Source of the DNA: a virus
Strand: one strand, 5' to 3'
Virus record (IMG/VR): IMGVR_UViG_3300030117_007501
Coordinates: 32,001-96,000 of that record
DNA: 64,000 nucleotides
In this document: positions 49,703 through 59,895 of the stretch, in pieces
Layout of the letters: the number at the start of each line of letters is the position of its first letter
How positions within the stretch are numbered: the stretch's first letter is position 1
Notes under the pieces: generated by a model
What the model saw: the letters and a program-made list of their open reading frames with translations, nothing else
Database searches by the model: none
Told to the model about the DNA's origin: nothing
Made by a program: the position numbers and the translations under genes

Positions 49703-50560
49703 TTAACGCCAGCTAGAAGTTTCTTTTGTTTTCCCGATATGTTCTCTTTTTCCTTTTGAATAAGCCTCAAGCGCCTCCCGGAGAAACAAGATAATATTAT
49801 CATATGTTGTGGATATCGTCATGTGTGTATATATCGTAGAAGCCGCAAAAACATTTCCAACCAACTCGAATCTAGAATTTAAAATAGGGCTCCCGGAACT
49901 ACCCCCGATGGCGGGGATAGTATACATCGATGCACCTATATCAGCCATGTAGCCGCTGTAATGTCCGGATAATATCGGAACTGCCGGTGGATGAAATATT
50001 CCACCCGGCGCCGCTATATTGTAGTACACATCTCCAAGCTCTGGGCCCTTGTTGGCAATTTTAAGAGCTTTTGATTCAGTCATCGATGGCGAGTGAATTA
50101 AGCACAAGTCAACACCTTCATCGAGCTTCATGAAGACTACGTAGGCGTCGTATACTTCGTTGTGGATAGACTTGAGCTTTATAGAGAAATTTAATTCTTG
50201 TATTGCCATTCCTGTTCTGTCAATCCCCTCACTAACATCGCATACATGAGCAGCAGTCAATATGAGGCTTCCTTTCTTCTTGTCGTTTAGAATAACGCTT
50301 CCGGAAGCACTAGATTTAAACGTTGCTCCCTTGATACAAGTGGTTCCGGAAACGGGAGTGCACTTCGAAACAGTGGCGTATTTGATTATTTGAACGAAAG
50401 ACTCAGTAGGGACTCTTTTCTTTTTTGGTAGTATATCCGCAAAGACATCGACTGAAGAATGGCATCCCGTGCAACTACCTGCAAAAATAAGACAAATCAA
50501 AGATGATAGTGTAATGTATTTGATTATTTTTTCAAATTTATTGGTAGTTTTTCCTTCCAC
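49703..50560 (-). CDS. Trypsin-like serine protease with N-terminal signal/TM
   Basis: LTAAHVC, DLCLI, GGSSGSP triad motifs; GTG start 4 nt after TATAGTTA on the - strand. Confidence 0.85.
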   Translation of the reverse strand: MEGKTTNKFEKIIKYITLSSLICLIFAGSCTGCHSSVDVFADILPKKKRVPTESFVQIIKYATVSKCTPVSGTTCIKGATFKSSASGSVILNDKKKGSLILTAAHVCDVSEGIDRTGMAIQELNFSIKLKSIHNEVYDAYVVFMKLDEGVDLCLIHSPSMTESKALKIANKGPELGDVYYNIAAPGGIFHPPAVPILSGHYSGYMADIGASMYTIPAIGGSSGSPILNSRFELVGNVFAASTIYTHMTISTTYDNIILFLREALEAYSKGKREHIGKTKETSSWR

Positions 50561-50852
50561 AATATAACTATAGGTTATAATCATTAAAATATTAATGTTT
50601 TTCTTGACGGAGAGATTAAAAGTGATAGAATTTGTGAAAATATGCATGTTTTTGGTGTCCCCCATTACACTCAGCAACACGCCATGTGAAAAAATTGAAA
50701 AGTATTCCTATACCATTGATTTTATGGAGCAGGAGAGAAAACAAAATTTCAAAAAGAATCATCTAATAAAATTGCCTACTGAGTGGGCTAGAATTGAGAA
50801 AAAGCCAGTTAAAGCCTCTAATTAATATAGATTGGAAAAAAAGAGGTAACAA

Positions 50853-52166
50853 TTGGCAAAATCAACTTACGTCCTCGACACTAGCGTCTACCTAACAGAT
50901 GCAAATGCTATAGAGTCCTTCGCGAACAACGATGTTGTAATACCCCTAAAGGTGTTGGATGAAATCGACATGCACAAGAAGAGACAAGATATGGTAGGTG
51001 TTCAGGCTCGATCGATAATAAGAAAATTAGATAATCTTCGTTCAAAAGGAAATTTAGTAAAAGGAATCAGGCTTGGCAAAGGAAAGGGCATAGTGACTGT
51101 TCGCGGTTATGATCCTTTTGCGCTACCAGACGACTTAGAACTAGATGACTCAGATAACCAAATAATAGCAACGGCATTATCTCAAAAAGCAATTAACGGC
51201 AGAAGAAAAGTCATAGTCGTCTCACGCGATATTAACATGAGAGTAAAATGCGATGCTCTAGGATTACTTTGTGAAGACTACAACATGGAGCAAGTTGTCG
51301 ACACGGCAGACGGGCTTTACGATGGGTTAAAGCACTACTTGGTAGACGATCAGGTTGTCGATACGTTCTACGAAGGTGGTGATGTATTTCTAGATAAAGA
51401 AAAGATTAAAATATTCCCAAATCAGTTTATAATGTTGATATCGAACTCAAACGAGAAAAAAACAGCATTAGCAAGATTTCGAAATTACAACTCTCCCTTG
51501 AAGCCGCTTCAGGACTATTCCAAACGCGGAGTATGGGGCATTCGCCCGAGAAACAAGGAGCAACAGTTCGCTTTAGAATTGTTGATGGATCCCGAGGTGT
51601 TGGTTGTTACTCTTGTCGGTAAAGCTGGGAGCGGAAAAACATTGAAAGCATTGGGTGCGGGATTGGAGCAGGTGTTGGAGCAGCCGACATATCAAAAGAT
51701 ATCAGTCATGAAGCCAGTCGAACCTGTTGGTAAGGACATTGGGTTTCTGCCTGGTACTTTAGAAGAAAAGCTTTTACCATGGTTAGCGCCCATACAAGAC
51801 AACCTACAATTTTTGTTTGCCGACGACAGGGTTACTCTTGAGATGCATGTAGAGGAGGGCAAAATAGAAATAGAAGCCCTAACATACATAAGAGGTAGAT
51901 CAATAGCAAACGCCTATATGATAATAGACGAAGTACAAAACATGACTCAGCATGAGATAAAGACTGTGCTGACACGTGTCGCTGAAGGAACAAAAATAGT
52001 TCTTACCGGCGACGTTGATCAAATAGATAATGTATATGTCAATGCAACCAACAACGCCTTAAGTTATGTTGTGGAAAAATTTAAAGATCAAGAAATAGCA
52101 GGGCACGTCACTTTGCAGAAAGGTGAGCGCTCCCGTGTCGCCTCCATAGCGGCAAAAATACTTTAG
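50853..52166 (+). CDS. phoH: PIN-PhoH protein
   Basis: YVLDTSV (PIN), GKAGSGKT, IGFLPG, YIRGRS, IIDEVQN, GDVDQID. Confidence 0.93.
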   Translation: MAKSTYVLDTSVYLTDANAIESFANNDVVIPLKVLDEIDMHKKRQDMVGVQARSIIRKLDNLRSKGNLVKGIRLGKGKGIVTVRGYDPFALPDDLELDDSDNQIIATALSQKAINGRRKVIVVSRDINMRVKCDALGLLCEDYNMEQVVDTADGLYDGLKHYLVDDQVVDTFYEGGDVFLDKEKIKIFPNQFIMLISNSNEKKTALARFRNYNSPLKPLQDYSKRGVWGIRPRNKEQQFALELLMDPEVLVVTLVGKAGSGKTLKALGAGLEQVLEQPTYQKISVMKPVEPVGKDIGFLPGTLEEKLLPWLAPIQDNLQFLFADDRVTLEMHVEEGKIEIEALTYIRGRSIANAYMIIDEVQNMTQHEIKTVLTRVAEGTKIVLTGDVDQIDNVYVNATNNALSYVVEKFKDQEIAGHVTLQKGERSRVASIAAKIL

Positions 52167-52177
52167 AAAGGAAAAAC

Positions 52178-52432
52178 ATGAATACTGACGATAATATAAA
52201 CTCTGAACTTAAAGACATTATAGTAGAGTATGTTGGGAAAAAGAAAAATCCCGCAAATGATGAAATAACGGTGGAACTTATAGTCGAAACGATGGCTGAT
52301 GAGTTTCCGGAATTCTTGATGGCTATAGCGGAAGAGAACTGGATACTTGGATACCGCCAGGCTCTTAGTGATGTCGAGCAGGGAGAGAAGCTTTACAAGC
52401 AAAGAAAAAATGAAGAATTATTTGCAGAATAG
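52178..52432 (+). CDS. Hypothetical
   Basis: AGGA SD; FPEF...EENW..GY.QAL.D. Confidence 0.6.
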   Translation: MNTDDNINSELKDIIVEYVGKKKNPANDEITVELIVETMADEFPEFLMAIAEENWILGYRQALSDVEQGEKLYKQRKNEELFAE

Positions 52433-53075
52433 AAGGAACAGCTTCATAGAGAAGGTTCTGGGCAACACAATTGTGATAGCCAAAGATAAACTTCCCGACA
52501 ATGTTGACATTGACGTCGTGCTGTCAACACTGAAAAAGCTTGTGCCCTTGAGCTTCTTTCGCGATATTGATTCTATATATATAGGACAATTTCAACATCT
52601 GATAGACAGAGAAGTGCACGCTATGTATAGTGACGGCGCAATATACGTAACAAACAATCAGGCTAGCAGCACAGACTTGGTTGAAGACATAATTCATGAA
52701 GTAGCTCACTCTTTGGAGGAGAGCCACACTTCTGAAATATATGGCGATGGGAAGATAGAAAAAGAATTTCTTGCAAAAAGGCAAAAGTTGTATTTTATTT
52801 TAAAAGAAGAGGGGTACAACACTGAGCTAAGTTATTTTTTCGAAACTGAATACACGGAGGAGTTCGACTCTTTCTTATATAAGGAGGTTGGGTATCCGAT
52901 GCTTTCCGCCTTATCAGTTAATCTTTTTTATTCTCCGTATGGGGCAACATCTTTGCGAGAATATTTCGCAAACGGGTTCGAAGCCTTCTTTTATCATCGC
53001 GATGTGCACTATTTAAAAAAGGTGAGTCCAAATTTGTTTGACAAACTGCAAATAATAGCTTATAATAAGGAGTAA
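52410..53075 (+). CDS. Zincin-motif (HEXXH...E) protein
   Basis: IIHEVAHS and REYFANGF. Confidence 0.7.
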   Translation: MKNYLQNRRNSFIEKVLGNTIVIAKDKLPDNVDIDVVLSTLKKLVPLSFFRDIDSIYIGQFQHLIDREVHAMYSDGAIYVTNNQASSTDLVEDIIHEVAHSLEESHTSEIYGDGKIEKEFLAKRQKLYFILKEEGYNTELSYFFETEYTEEFDSFLYKEVGYPMLSALSVNLFYSPYGATSLREYFANGFEAFFYHRDVHYLKKVSPNLFDKLQIIAYNKE

Positions 53076-53080
53076 ACACG

Positions 53081-53476
53081 ATGAGTAAAACAACAACCAC
53101 TCTAGAGAATGGAACAACAATAGAGATAACAGAGAGTAATAATACCATAACTGTTGAGGCAGAGGTGCCTCGTAGAGCTTTAGCGACACAGGAAAAGGTA
53201 ACTTGCAATAATAGTACGATAACTGAAACTCTTAAAAATGCGGGTATCGAGGTGGGAAGCCTTATATCTGGTACAACTATTTCAAACTCCAAGAGTGATA
53301 CGGAATTAAATGGAAGGTGGACTTTTGAAGCACCAAGAACCACAACAACTACAAAGAAAACAACCACAAAGAAAACAACTACCAAGAGAACAACTCGTAC
53401 AACTGGTGGAACCAAAACAACAAAAGCAAAAAAAGAAGAGGAAGTATCCAAGTCGGGGACGGATAAGTTACTCTGA
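53081..53476 (+). CDS. Hypothetical with T/K-rich repetitive tail
   Basis: AAGGAG SD; TTTKKTTTKKTTTKRTT. Confidence 0.65.
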   Translation: MSKTTTTLENGTTIEITESNNTITVEAEVPRRALATQEKVTCNNSTITETLKNAGIEVGSLISGTTISNSKSDTELNGRWTFEAPRTTTTTKKTTTKKTTTKRTTRTTGGTKTTKAKKEEEVSKSGTDKLL

Positions 53477-54227
53477 ATTAAAAATGTGGAACGACTGTGC
53501 CTTCAAGCACAAGCTGAACTACTTGGACGAAATTCAAACGTTTTTTGGAAATGAATATACAGCTTTCGGAACAGCGATGCACTCTGTATGTGAAAATTTT
53601 CTCTTAGAACAAGAGTTTAATCCAGCAGAGTTTTTTCAGCTAACCTTTCTAGAAGAGTTGTCAAAACTAAAGTCTAAAAATGTCCCTCTTCGGAAAGACA
53701 TGGTTTTAGAAATGAGGCAGCAGGGGCAAAATATATGTGATTATGTAATGCCGGCTGTTAACGATTACTTCGAAGAGTATGAGGTAGTATCAGTTGAAGA
53801 GCAGTTGATGGAAGGCATTGAAGACTTTCAGTCAGAAGGGCTTAAATTTAAGGGATTTATTGACTTGGTGGTAAAAACACCAGATGGTAAATACCATATT
53901 ATTGATTGGAAGTCTTGTAGTTGGGGGTGGGATATGAAACGCAGAAGCGATAGCATCACGACGTACCAGCTTACTTTGTATAAACACTTTTTTGCAAAAA
54001 AACACAACATAGATTTAAAAAACATAGAAACACACTTTGCGTTACTCAAGCGCACAGCGAAAAAAGAAAACGTAGAATTCTTCAGAGTTACAAGTGGGGA
54101 CAGAAAAAGAAATAATGCCTTAAAACTTTTGGAAAAAGCTGTTAAAAATATAAATGAGGAAAATTTCTTTAAAAACAAGATGTCTTGTGCAAGATGCGAT
54201 TACCACAAGACATCCCACTGTCCGTAA
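53310..54227 (+). CDS. PD-(D/E)xK RecB/Cas4-like nuclease (start uncertain)
   Basis: SYSELK.W..C, FGTAMH, GFIDL, IIDWKS, YQLTLY, C..C......C. Confidence 0.85.
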   Translation: MEGGLLKHQEPQQLQRKQPQRKQLPREQLVQLVEPKQQKQKKKRKYPSRGRISYSELKMWNDCAFKHKLNYLDEIQTFFGNEYTAFGTAMHSVCENFLLEQEFNPAEFFQLTFLEELSKLKSKNVPLRKDMVLEMRQQGQNICDYVMPAVNDYFEEYEVVSVEEQLMEGIEDFQSEGLKFKGFIDLVVKTPDGKYHIIDWKSCSWGWDMKRRSDSITTYQLTLYKHFFAKKHNIDLKNIETHFALLKRTAKKENVEFFRVTSGDRKRNNALKLLEKAVKNINEENFFKNKMSCARCDYHKTSHCP

Positions 54228-54241
54228 CAGCAGGAGAACAA

Positions 54242-55498
54242 ATGACTGACAAAATGAAGATTCTAACTATTTCTGATAATCCATATTCCCCATCTGGAGT
54301 CGGAATGCAGACAAGGTACATGATTGAGGGGCTACTAGATACTGGAAATTATAATTTTATATCTCTCGGAGGAGCGATTCGCCACGCGGATTATCGTCCA
54401 ATAAGGCAAGAGAAGTACGGGGAAGATTGGGTGACGTACCCAGTAGACGAATTCGGAACTCCGGAGGTTATTCGCGCTCTTTTGGCTAATGAGAAGCCGG
54501 ATGCTGTTTGGATTATGACAGATCCAAGGTTTTGGGAGTGGCTCTGGATGATGGAGAATGAAATACGCGCAAACGTTCCTTTGGTGTATTATCACGTATG
54601 GGACAACTATCCTTATCCAAAATTTAATAAGTTTTATTATGATTCGAATGATGTAGTAGTTTCAATAAGTAAATTAACAAATGACATAGTGGCAAATGTA
54701 TCCCCAGGTGTGGAGCTTCACCATATCCCTCATTCGGTACCAACAGATATTTTCTACAAGAGAGAACCAGTGGATTCTCAGGTTTCAGACTTCAAGAAAA
54801 ATATTGGAGATAAGGTGGTTTTCTTTTGGAACAACCGAAATGCCAGAAGGAAGCATAGCGGTACATTGATTTTCTGGTTTAAAGAATTTTTAGATATGGT
54901 GGGCAGGGATAAAGCTATGCTGATTATGCACACAGAGCCCGGCGATCCTCACGGACAGGATTTGGAAGCCATCTTGGGAGAGCTGGGGCTGCTTAATGGG
55001 GAAGTGATGCTTTCCACCGAAAAGGTTGGACTCGAGAAGCTAGCGGATCTCTATAATATAGCAGACTGCACAATTAACATATCGGATGCCGAAGGTTTTG
55101 GTTTGGGTACTTTGGAGTCTCTTGCATGTGAAACTCCAATAATTGTGACTATGACTGGAGGACTGCAAGAGCAGGTTACTGACGGCAGTGAGTGGTTCGG
55201 AGTGGGGCTAGAGCCATCCGCAAAGGCAGTTATAGGCTCACAGCAAGTACCCTATATATACGAAGATAGAGTATCAAAAGAAGACTTTCTGAACGCCATA
55301 AACAAGATATACAGTATGACTGCAGAGGAGAGAGCGGAATTGGGAAGAAAGGGAAGGGAACACGTTTTGACTAACTATGGGTTCGACGACTACAAAAAGA
55401 AGTGGGATGACTTGTTTAAGAGTATAAAAGAGAATCATGGATCTTGGGAAGCTAGAAAGGGATATAAATCATGGGAATTCAAGGAGATAGCAGCATGA
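54242..55498 (+). CDS. GT-B (family 4-like) glycosyltransferase
   Basis: NRNARRK, EGFGLGTLESLACETPII. Confidence 0.88.
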   Translation: MTDKMKILTISDNPYSPSGVGMQTRYMIEGLLDTGNYNFISLGGAIRHADYRPIRQEKYGEDWVTYPVDEFGTPEVIRALLANEKPDAVWIMTDPRFWEWLWMMENEIRANVPLVYYHVWDNYPYPKFNKFYYDSNDVVVSISKLTNDIVANVSPGVELHHIPHSVPTDIFYKREPVDSQVSDFKKNIGDKVVFFWNNRNARRKHSGTLIFWFKEFLDMVGRDKAMLIMHTEPGDPHGQDLEAILGELGLLNGEVMLSTEKVGLEKLADLYNIADCTINISDAEGFGLGTLESLACETPIIVTMTGGLQEQVTDGSEWFGVGLEPSAKAVIGSQQVPYIYEDRVSKEDFLNAINKIYSMTAEERAELGRKGREHVLTNYGFDDYKKKWDDLFKSIKENHGSWEARKGYKSWEFKEIAA

Positions 55499-56766
55499 AA
55501 AAAGTATTGATAGAGGGCCCATTGCTGACTCAATCTGGTTATGGTGAACATTCCAGATTCGTTCTTAGGGCACTACAAAAGAGAGGCGATGTAGACTTAT
55601 ACATCCAGCCCTTAGCGTGGGGGACAACTAGTTGGCTATCGGAAGACAACGAAGAAAGAAGAGAGATGGACAAGCTGGTACAGAAGACAAGCAGCTATGT
55701 TATGCAATTTGGAGAAAACCCACAGTATGATGTTCATATTCATGTAGGTATACCCAGCGAGTTCGAAAAGAAAGCGCCGCATGCTATTCATGTAACTGCG
55801 GGAATTGAAACAACAAGAATATCTGATTTGTGGCTGCAGAAAACTTTTGAGATGGATAAGATAATTGTACCGTCTAATCACTCTAAGTGGGCGTTTGAAA
55901 ATACAACTGTTGAGGTGGAGGATAGAGGAAGAAGGTTTGGAGTCACCTGCAAAACGCCAATTGAGGTAGTTCCCTATCCCGCAAAGCAGATAGAGGAAGA
56001 TAAAGACTTCTCTATAGATTTGGATTTTGATTTCAACTTCCTCTCAGTTGCGATGTGGGGCGTTAGAAAGAACATGGAAAACACCATTAAGTGGTTCCTT
56101 GAAGAGTTTAAAGACGAAGAGGTTGGCTTAGTACTCAAGACGGGATTATCAAGAGGTTCCATATTGGACAGGAAGATGACAGAATTCAGAATCCAGAGAA
56201 CTCTCGAAACAGTACCAGATAGAAAGTGCAAGGTGTATCTGCTTCATGGAGACTTAAGCGAGTCAGAAATGACATCTCTCTACAAGCATAAAAACATAAA
56301 AGCGATAATCTCAGCATCCCATGGCGAGGGGTTCGGACTGCCTTTGTTCGAGGCTGCAGTCAATGGCTTGCCTGTACTAGCTCCAGCGTGGAGTGGGCAT
56401 GTTGACTTTCTTACTGCACCCGTCAAGACTACATCTAAAACTAGAAAGGTGAAGGAGAAAGAGTTGTATGCAAAGGTGGAATACACAATTCAGCCGATAC
56501 AGAAAGAGGCTGTGTGGAATGACGTTTTGGTAGATGGTTCTATGTGGTGTTACCCAAGAGAGAAGAGTTTCAAGAATCAGCTAAGGAACGTGTACAAGAA
56601 CCATGGCATGTACAAGTCTTGGGCTAAGAAGCTGCAAAAGCACATTGTTGGCGAGTACGAACAGGAAAAAATACTAGACAAGATGAGTCACACTTTGCTC
56701 GGAGATGAATCAGCTACATCGATAGAGGAGCAGTTGGCTGCGCTAACAATTAGGAAATTTGAATGA
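55495..56766 (+). CDS. GT-B (family 4-like) glycosyltransferase
   Basis: SGYG, RKN, SHGEGFGLPLFEA, WSGHVDF. Confidence 0.88.
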   Translation: MKKVLIEGPLLTQSGYGEHSRFVLRALQKRGDVDLYIQPLAWGTTSWLSEDNEERREMDKLVQKTSSYVMQFGENPQYDVHIHVGIPSEFEKKAPHAIHVTAGIETTRISDLWLQKTFEMDKIIVPSNHSKWAFENTTVEVEDRGRRFGVTCKTPIEVVPYPAKQIEEDKDFSIDLDFDFNFLSVAMWGVRKNMENTIKWFLEEFKDEEVGLVLKTGLSRGSILDRKMTEFRIQRTLETVPDRKCKVYLLHGDLSESEMTSLYKHKNIKAIISASHGEGFGLPLFEAAVNGLPVLAPAWSGHVDFLTAPVKTTSKTRKVKEKELYAKVEYTIQPIQKEAVWNDVLVDGSMWCYPREKSFKNQLRNVYKNHGMYKSWAKKLQKHIVGEYEQEKILDKMSHTLLGDESATSIEEQLAALTIRKFE

Positions 56767-58394
56767 ACATCCTTTTTATATCTGATTTTTTTCTTAGAGA
56801 TGGGGTTACTGGCGGCGCCGAGTTGGTTGACGACGAGCTAACTACATTACTGTCGAAAGAGAATGATATCGATATGATAAACAGTTATCTGGTAGACATC
56901 AAACTCTTGGAGTCTGAAAAATATGATTCGATATTGGTGTCTAATTTTGTCAACCTTTCTGAACAATGCAAGGAGTTCCTCTCCTCTAATAAGAATTATT
57001 TTATCATGGAGCATGATCACAAATACTTAAAAAGCAGAAATCCGGCAACATACCACAACTATGAAGCTCCAACGGACGAAGTTGTAAATGTGGAGTTTTA
57101 TAAAAATGCAAAAGCTGTATTTTGCCAGACAAAGATGCACACCGAGCTACTCAGAAAAAATATAATGTTGGACAACATAGTAAATCTTGCCGGAAGCTTG
57201 TGGTCGGAAGAGGAGTTTGAGGTAATAGAGAAATACTCAAACACTGAAAAGGTTAATGAAAATTTGGTAATCTCCAGTGAGAACCCAATAAAGAATACCA
57301 AATTCGCAATACAATATTGTGAGAGATATGATATGCCATACAGTCTGGTGCCTGCTGCTGAGTTTGAAACATTTATCTCTAATTTGTCCACTGGAAAGAC
57401 AGTAGTATTTTTTCCTCTCACTTGTGAGTCTTGCTGTCGCGTGCTGGTTGAAGCTAGGATGCTTGGTTGTTCGGTGCTGACGTCAAATTTGGCAGGAGCA
57501 ACTTCAGAGGAGTGGTTTAAACTTTCTGGCACTGAGTTGATAAACGAAATGCGAGAAAACAAGAAAAGAATTTTAAAGAAAATAACTGATGCAATGAATC
57601 TCTCGAAGGAACACTTTGTTGAGTTTGATATCCCCAAGGTATCGATAATAACTTCCGTCTACAATGGGGACAAATTCATAAGACAGTTCATGGAAGACAT
57701 GACTTCTCAAACCATGTTTCACAATAGCGAATTGATATTGATAGATTGTAATTCCCCCGGCAACGAGAAGAGTGTCATTGACGAGTATTTGGAAAAACAT
57801 GACAACATAATATATGAACGACTGGACAGTGATCCAGGCATATATGGGGCGTGGAACAGGGCAATTGAAATTTCCACAGGAGAGTTGTTGACAAACGCAA
57901 ATCTGGACGACAGAAGAAGCAAAAATCAAATAGAGGAACTAACGCGATCGCTGGTTAATAATCCTGACATTGATTTGGTTTATTCTTCGAATTATATCAC
58001 AACAAGGCAAAACGAAACGTACGAGAATAATTCTTCATCAGGTAGGACGTATGATACTTACGAATTTTCGAAAAGCAATATGGTAAAGTGTCTCCCTGGC
58101 GCAATGCCTGTTTGGAGAAAGAGTATGCACGATAAGGCTGGCAGTTTCGATGAAAGTCTTAAGAGTGCTGGCGACTGGGAAATGTGGCTCCGTGCAGTGG
58201 ACTCTGGATCTAAGTTCAAGAAAGTGCCCGGCGTACATGGGTTGTATTTTATGAATCCCGAGGGAATGTCCACTACGAATGATAAGGAAAAAGCAATAGC
58301 CCGATTCTCAGAGGAGAAGGACGTGTTTTGGAAGTACTCTCATATTTTTGGAAAAGAAAATGTTGAAAAATACAGGAGACACTTCTCTCAATGA
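56763..58394 (+). CDS. Two-domain glycosyltransferase (GT-B-like plus GT2)
   Basis: GGAE...ESCCRVLVEAR; KVSIITSVYN, NANLDDR, GDWEMWLR. Confidence 0.85.
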   Translation: MNILFISDFFLRDGVTGGAELVDDELTTLLSKENDIDMINSYLVDIKLLESEKYDSILVSNFVNLSEQCKEFLSSNKNYFIMEHDHKYLKSRNPATYHNYEAPTDEVVNVEFYKNAKAVFCQTKMHTELLRKNIMLDNIVNLAGSLWSEEEFEVIEKYSNTEKVNENLVISSENPIKNTKFAIQYCERYDMPYSLVPAAEFETFISNLSTGKTVVFFPLTCESCCRVLVEARMLGCSVLTSNLAGATSEEWFKLSGTELINEMRENKKRILKKITDAMNLSKEHFVEFDIPKVSIITSVYNGDKFIRQFMEDMTSQTMFHNSELILIDCNSPGNEKSVIDEYLEKHDNIIYERLDSDPGIYGAWNRAIEISTGELLTNANLDDRRSKNQIEELTRSLVNNPDIDLVYSSNYITTRQNETYENNSSSGRTYDTYEFSKSNMVKCLPGAMPVWRKSMHDKAGSFDESLKSAGDWEMWLRAVDSGSKFKKVPGVHGLYFMNPEGMSTTNDKEKAIARFSEEKDVFWKYSHIFGKENVEKYRRHFSQ

Positions 58395-59215
58395 TTATTC
58401 ATGCAAATGTACAGGTTAAGAACGAAGAAGTTCTTTTAGAAAAGATATTGCCCATATGGGAGACTTATCCTATAGATAGGTGGGTATTCTTCAACGACGG
58501 CTCCACAGACAATACGTCAAATCTGATAAGAAGCGTGCTGGGTACGAAGGCGCACATCATAGAAGGCGAAAATAAAAAATACAATCCAGCAAAAAACAAG
58601 TCTGAAATGCTCAACTACAGCCGCGAGAGCGATGCCTCTCACGTGGTAGCTCTTGACGCTGATGAATTAATTTCCTCTAATATAGTGAACGAATTTCATA
58701 AAATGGTAGAACTAAGCAGCAAGTATAATATATTGTATTATAGGTTCGAAGCGGTAGGGGACATAAACCACCACAGAGCAGAACCCGCATACGAGAAGAA
58801 TTTTAGGAATTTTATTTTTCCACTCTCGTTCACAGGAGAGTTCACGAATGAAGGCATGTCTGCACACAACCTTAAGAGTCCTCCCGTGTATTTGCCTCCC
58901 ACCCTGACAAGAGATGCAGGAATAATACACTTATCCTCAATTAACAAAGAGCATTATGCACTTAAGAATTTGTGGTATAAGCATAAAGAATACAAAGAAG
59001 AGCTAATGTCAGTCAGCGAGATAAACTCTGCGTACGATAAGTTGATAAATAATTTAGAATTTAACATAGAAGAGACACCGAAAAAAATAACAAAAGGAAT
59101 ATCTTTCGACGCTTCAGTGTTTGAAGAAGTAGCCCGCGCCAAAAGATATAAAGAATATGTTGTTCAAAATTCTGTCCCTGATTTAATAACGTTTGGAAAG
59201 GAATACCTGATATGA
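58391..59215 (+). CDS. GT2-like glycosyltransferase
   Basis: VKNEE, NDGSTDNT, LDADE. Confidence 0.85.
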   Translation: MIIHANVQVKNEEVLLEKILPIWETYPIDRWVFFNDGSTDNTSNLIRSVLGTKAHIIEGENKKYNPAKNKSEMLNYSRESDASHVVALDADELISSNIVNEFHKMVELSSKYNILYYRFEAVGDINHHRAEPAYEKNFRNFIFPLSFTGEFTNEGMSAHNLKSPPVYLPPTLTRDAGIIHLSSINKEHYALKNLWYKHKEYKEELMSVSEINSAYDKLINNLEFNIEETPKKITKGISFDASVFEEVARAKRYKEYVVQNSVPDLITFGKEYLI

Positions 59216-59895
59216 AAAAAGTTATAAGCTTCAGCCTGTGGGGTAAAAATTCCAGATACACCATCGGCGCAATAAGAAATGCAGAACTGGCACAAAGAAC
59301 ATATCCGGGCTGGGTTTGTAGATTTCATGTTGGGAGAAACACTCCTTATTTAATAGTGGAAAAACTCAAGAGCTTTCAAAATGTGGAAGTAATAGAAAGA
59401 AGCGACGCTTGTGACTGGACTAGTACGCTCTGGAGATTGGAGGATGCTTCAAATCCAGAGATTGACGTAATGATATCTCGAGATACAGACAGTCGTCTAA
59501 CATTGAGAGAGAAGTCGGCAGTAGATGAATGGCTGTCCGGTAGCAGGGGGTTTCATATCATGAGAGATCATCCGTACCATGCAACGCAAATACTGGCGGG
59601 CATGTGGGGAGCCAAAAAGGGCGCAGTCCCCGAAATGAAAGAAATGATACAGGAATATATCAAGGGTGATTTTAAGCAACTTGATCAGAACTTCCTTAAA
59701 GAAAAAATATACCCGCTGGTTAAAGACAACGCGCATGTTCATGACGAGTTTTTTGAGAAAAAGCCATTTCCGTACCCTCGTGACGAAGAGCATTTTGTAG
59801 GGCAGGCATATGCCGGCGATGATAAGATACTGGATGCTGACGGATACTTTCGTGACTACTTGTGGGAGAACTTACTGTATGATTGTCCACGCTAA
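59212..59895 (+). CDS. Glycan-cluster protein (GT-A-like DxD)
   Basis: ISFSLWG, SRDTDSR, HIMRDHPYH, AGMWG, DQNFL. Confidence 0.7.
   Translation: MKKVISFSLWGKNSRYTIGAIRNAELAQRTYPGWVCRFHVGRNTPYLIVEKLKSFQNVEVIERSDACDWTSTLWRLEDASNPEIDVMISRDTDSRLTLREKSAVDEWLSGSRGFHIMRDHPYHATQILAGMWGAKKGAVPEMKEMIQEYIKGDFKQLDQNFLKEKIYPLVKDNAHVHDEFFEKKPFPYPRDEEHFVGQAYAGDDKILDADGYFRDYLWENLLYDCPR

Noticed and set aside
53335-53400. ACAACC/AAGAAA repeats as a DNA repeat element
   Set aside because: Explained by the TTTKK low-complexity protein tail.
53310-54227. Cas4 as evidence of a CRISPR system
   Set aside because: Stand-alone RecB/Cas4-like nucleases are common in phages; no cas1, cas2 or array is present.
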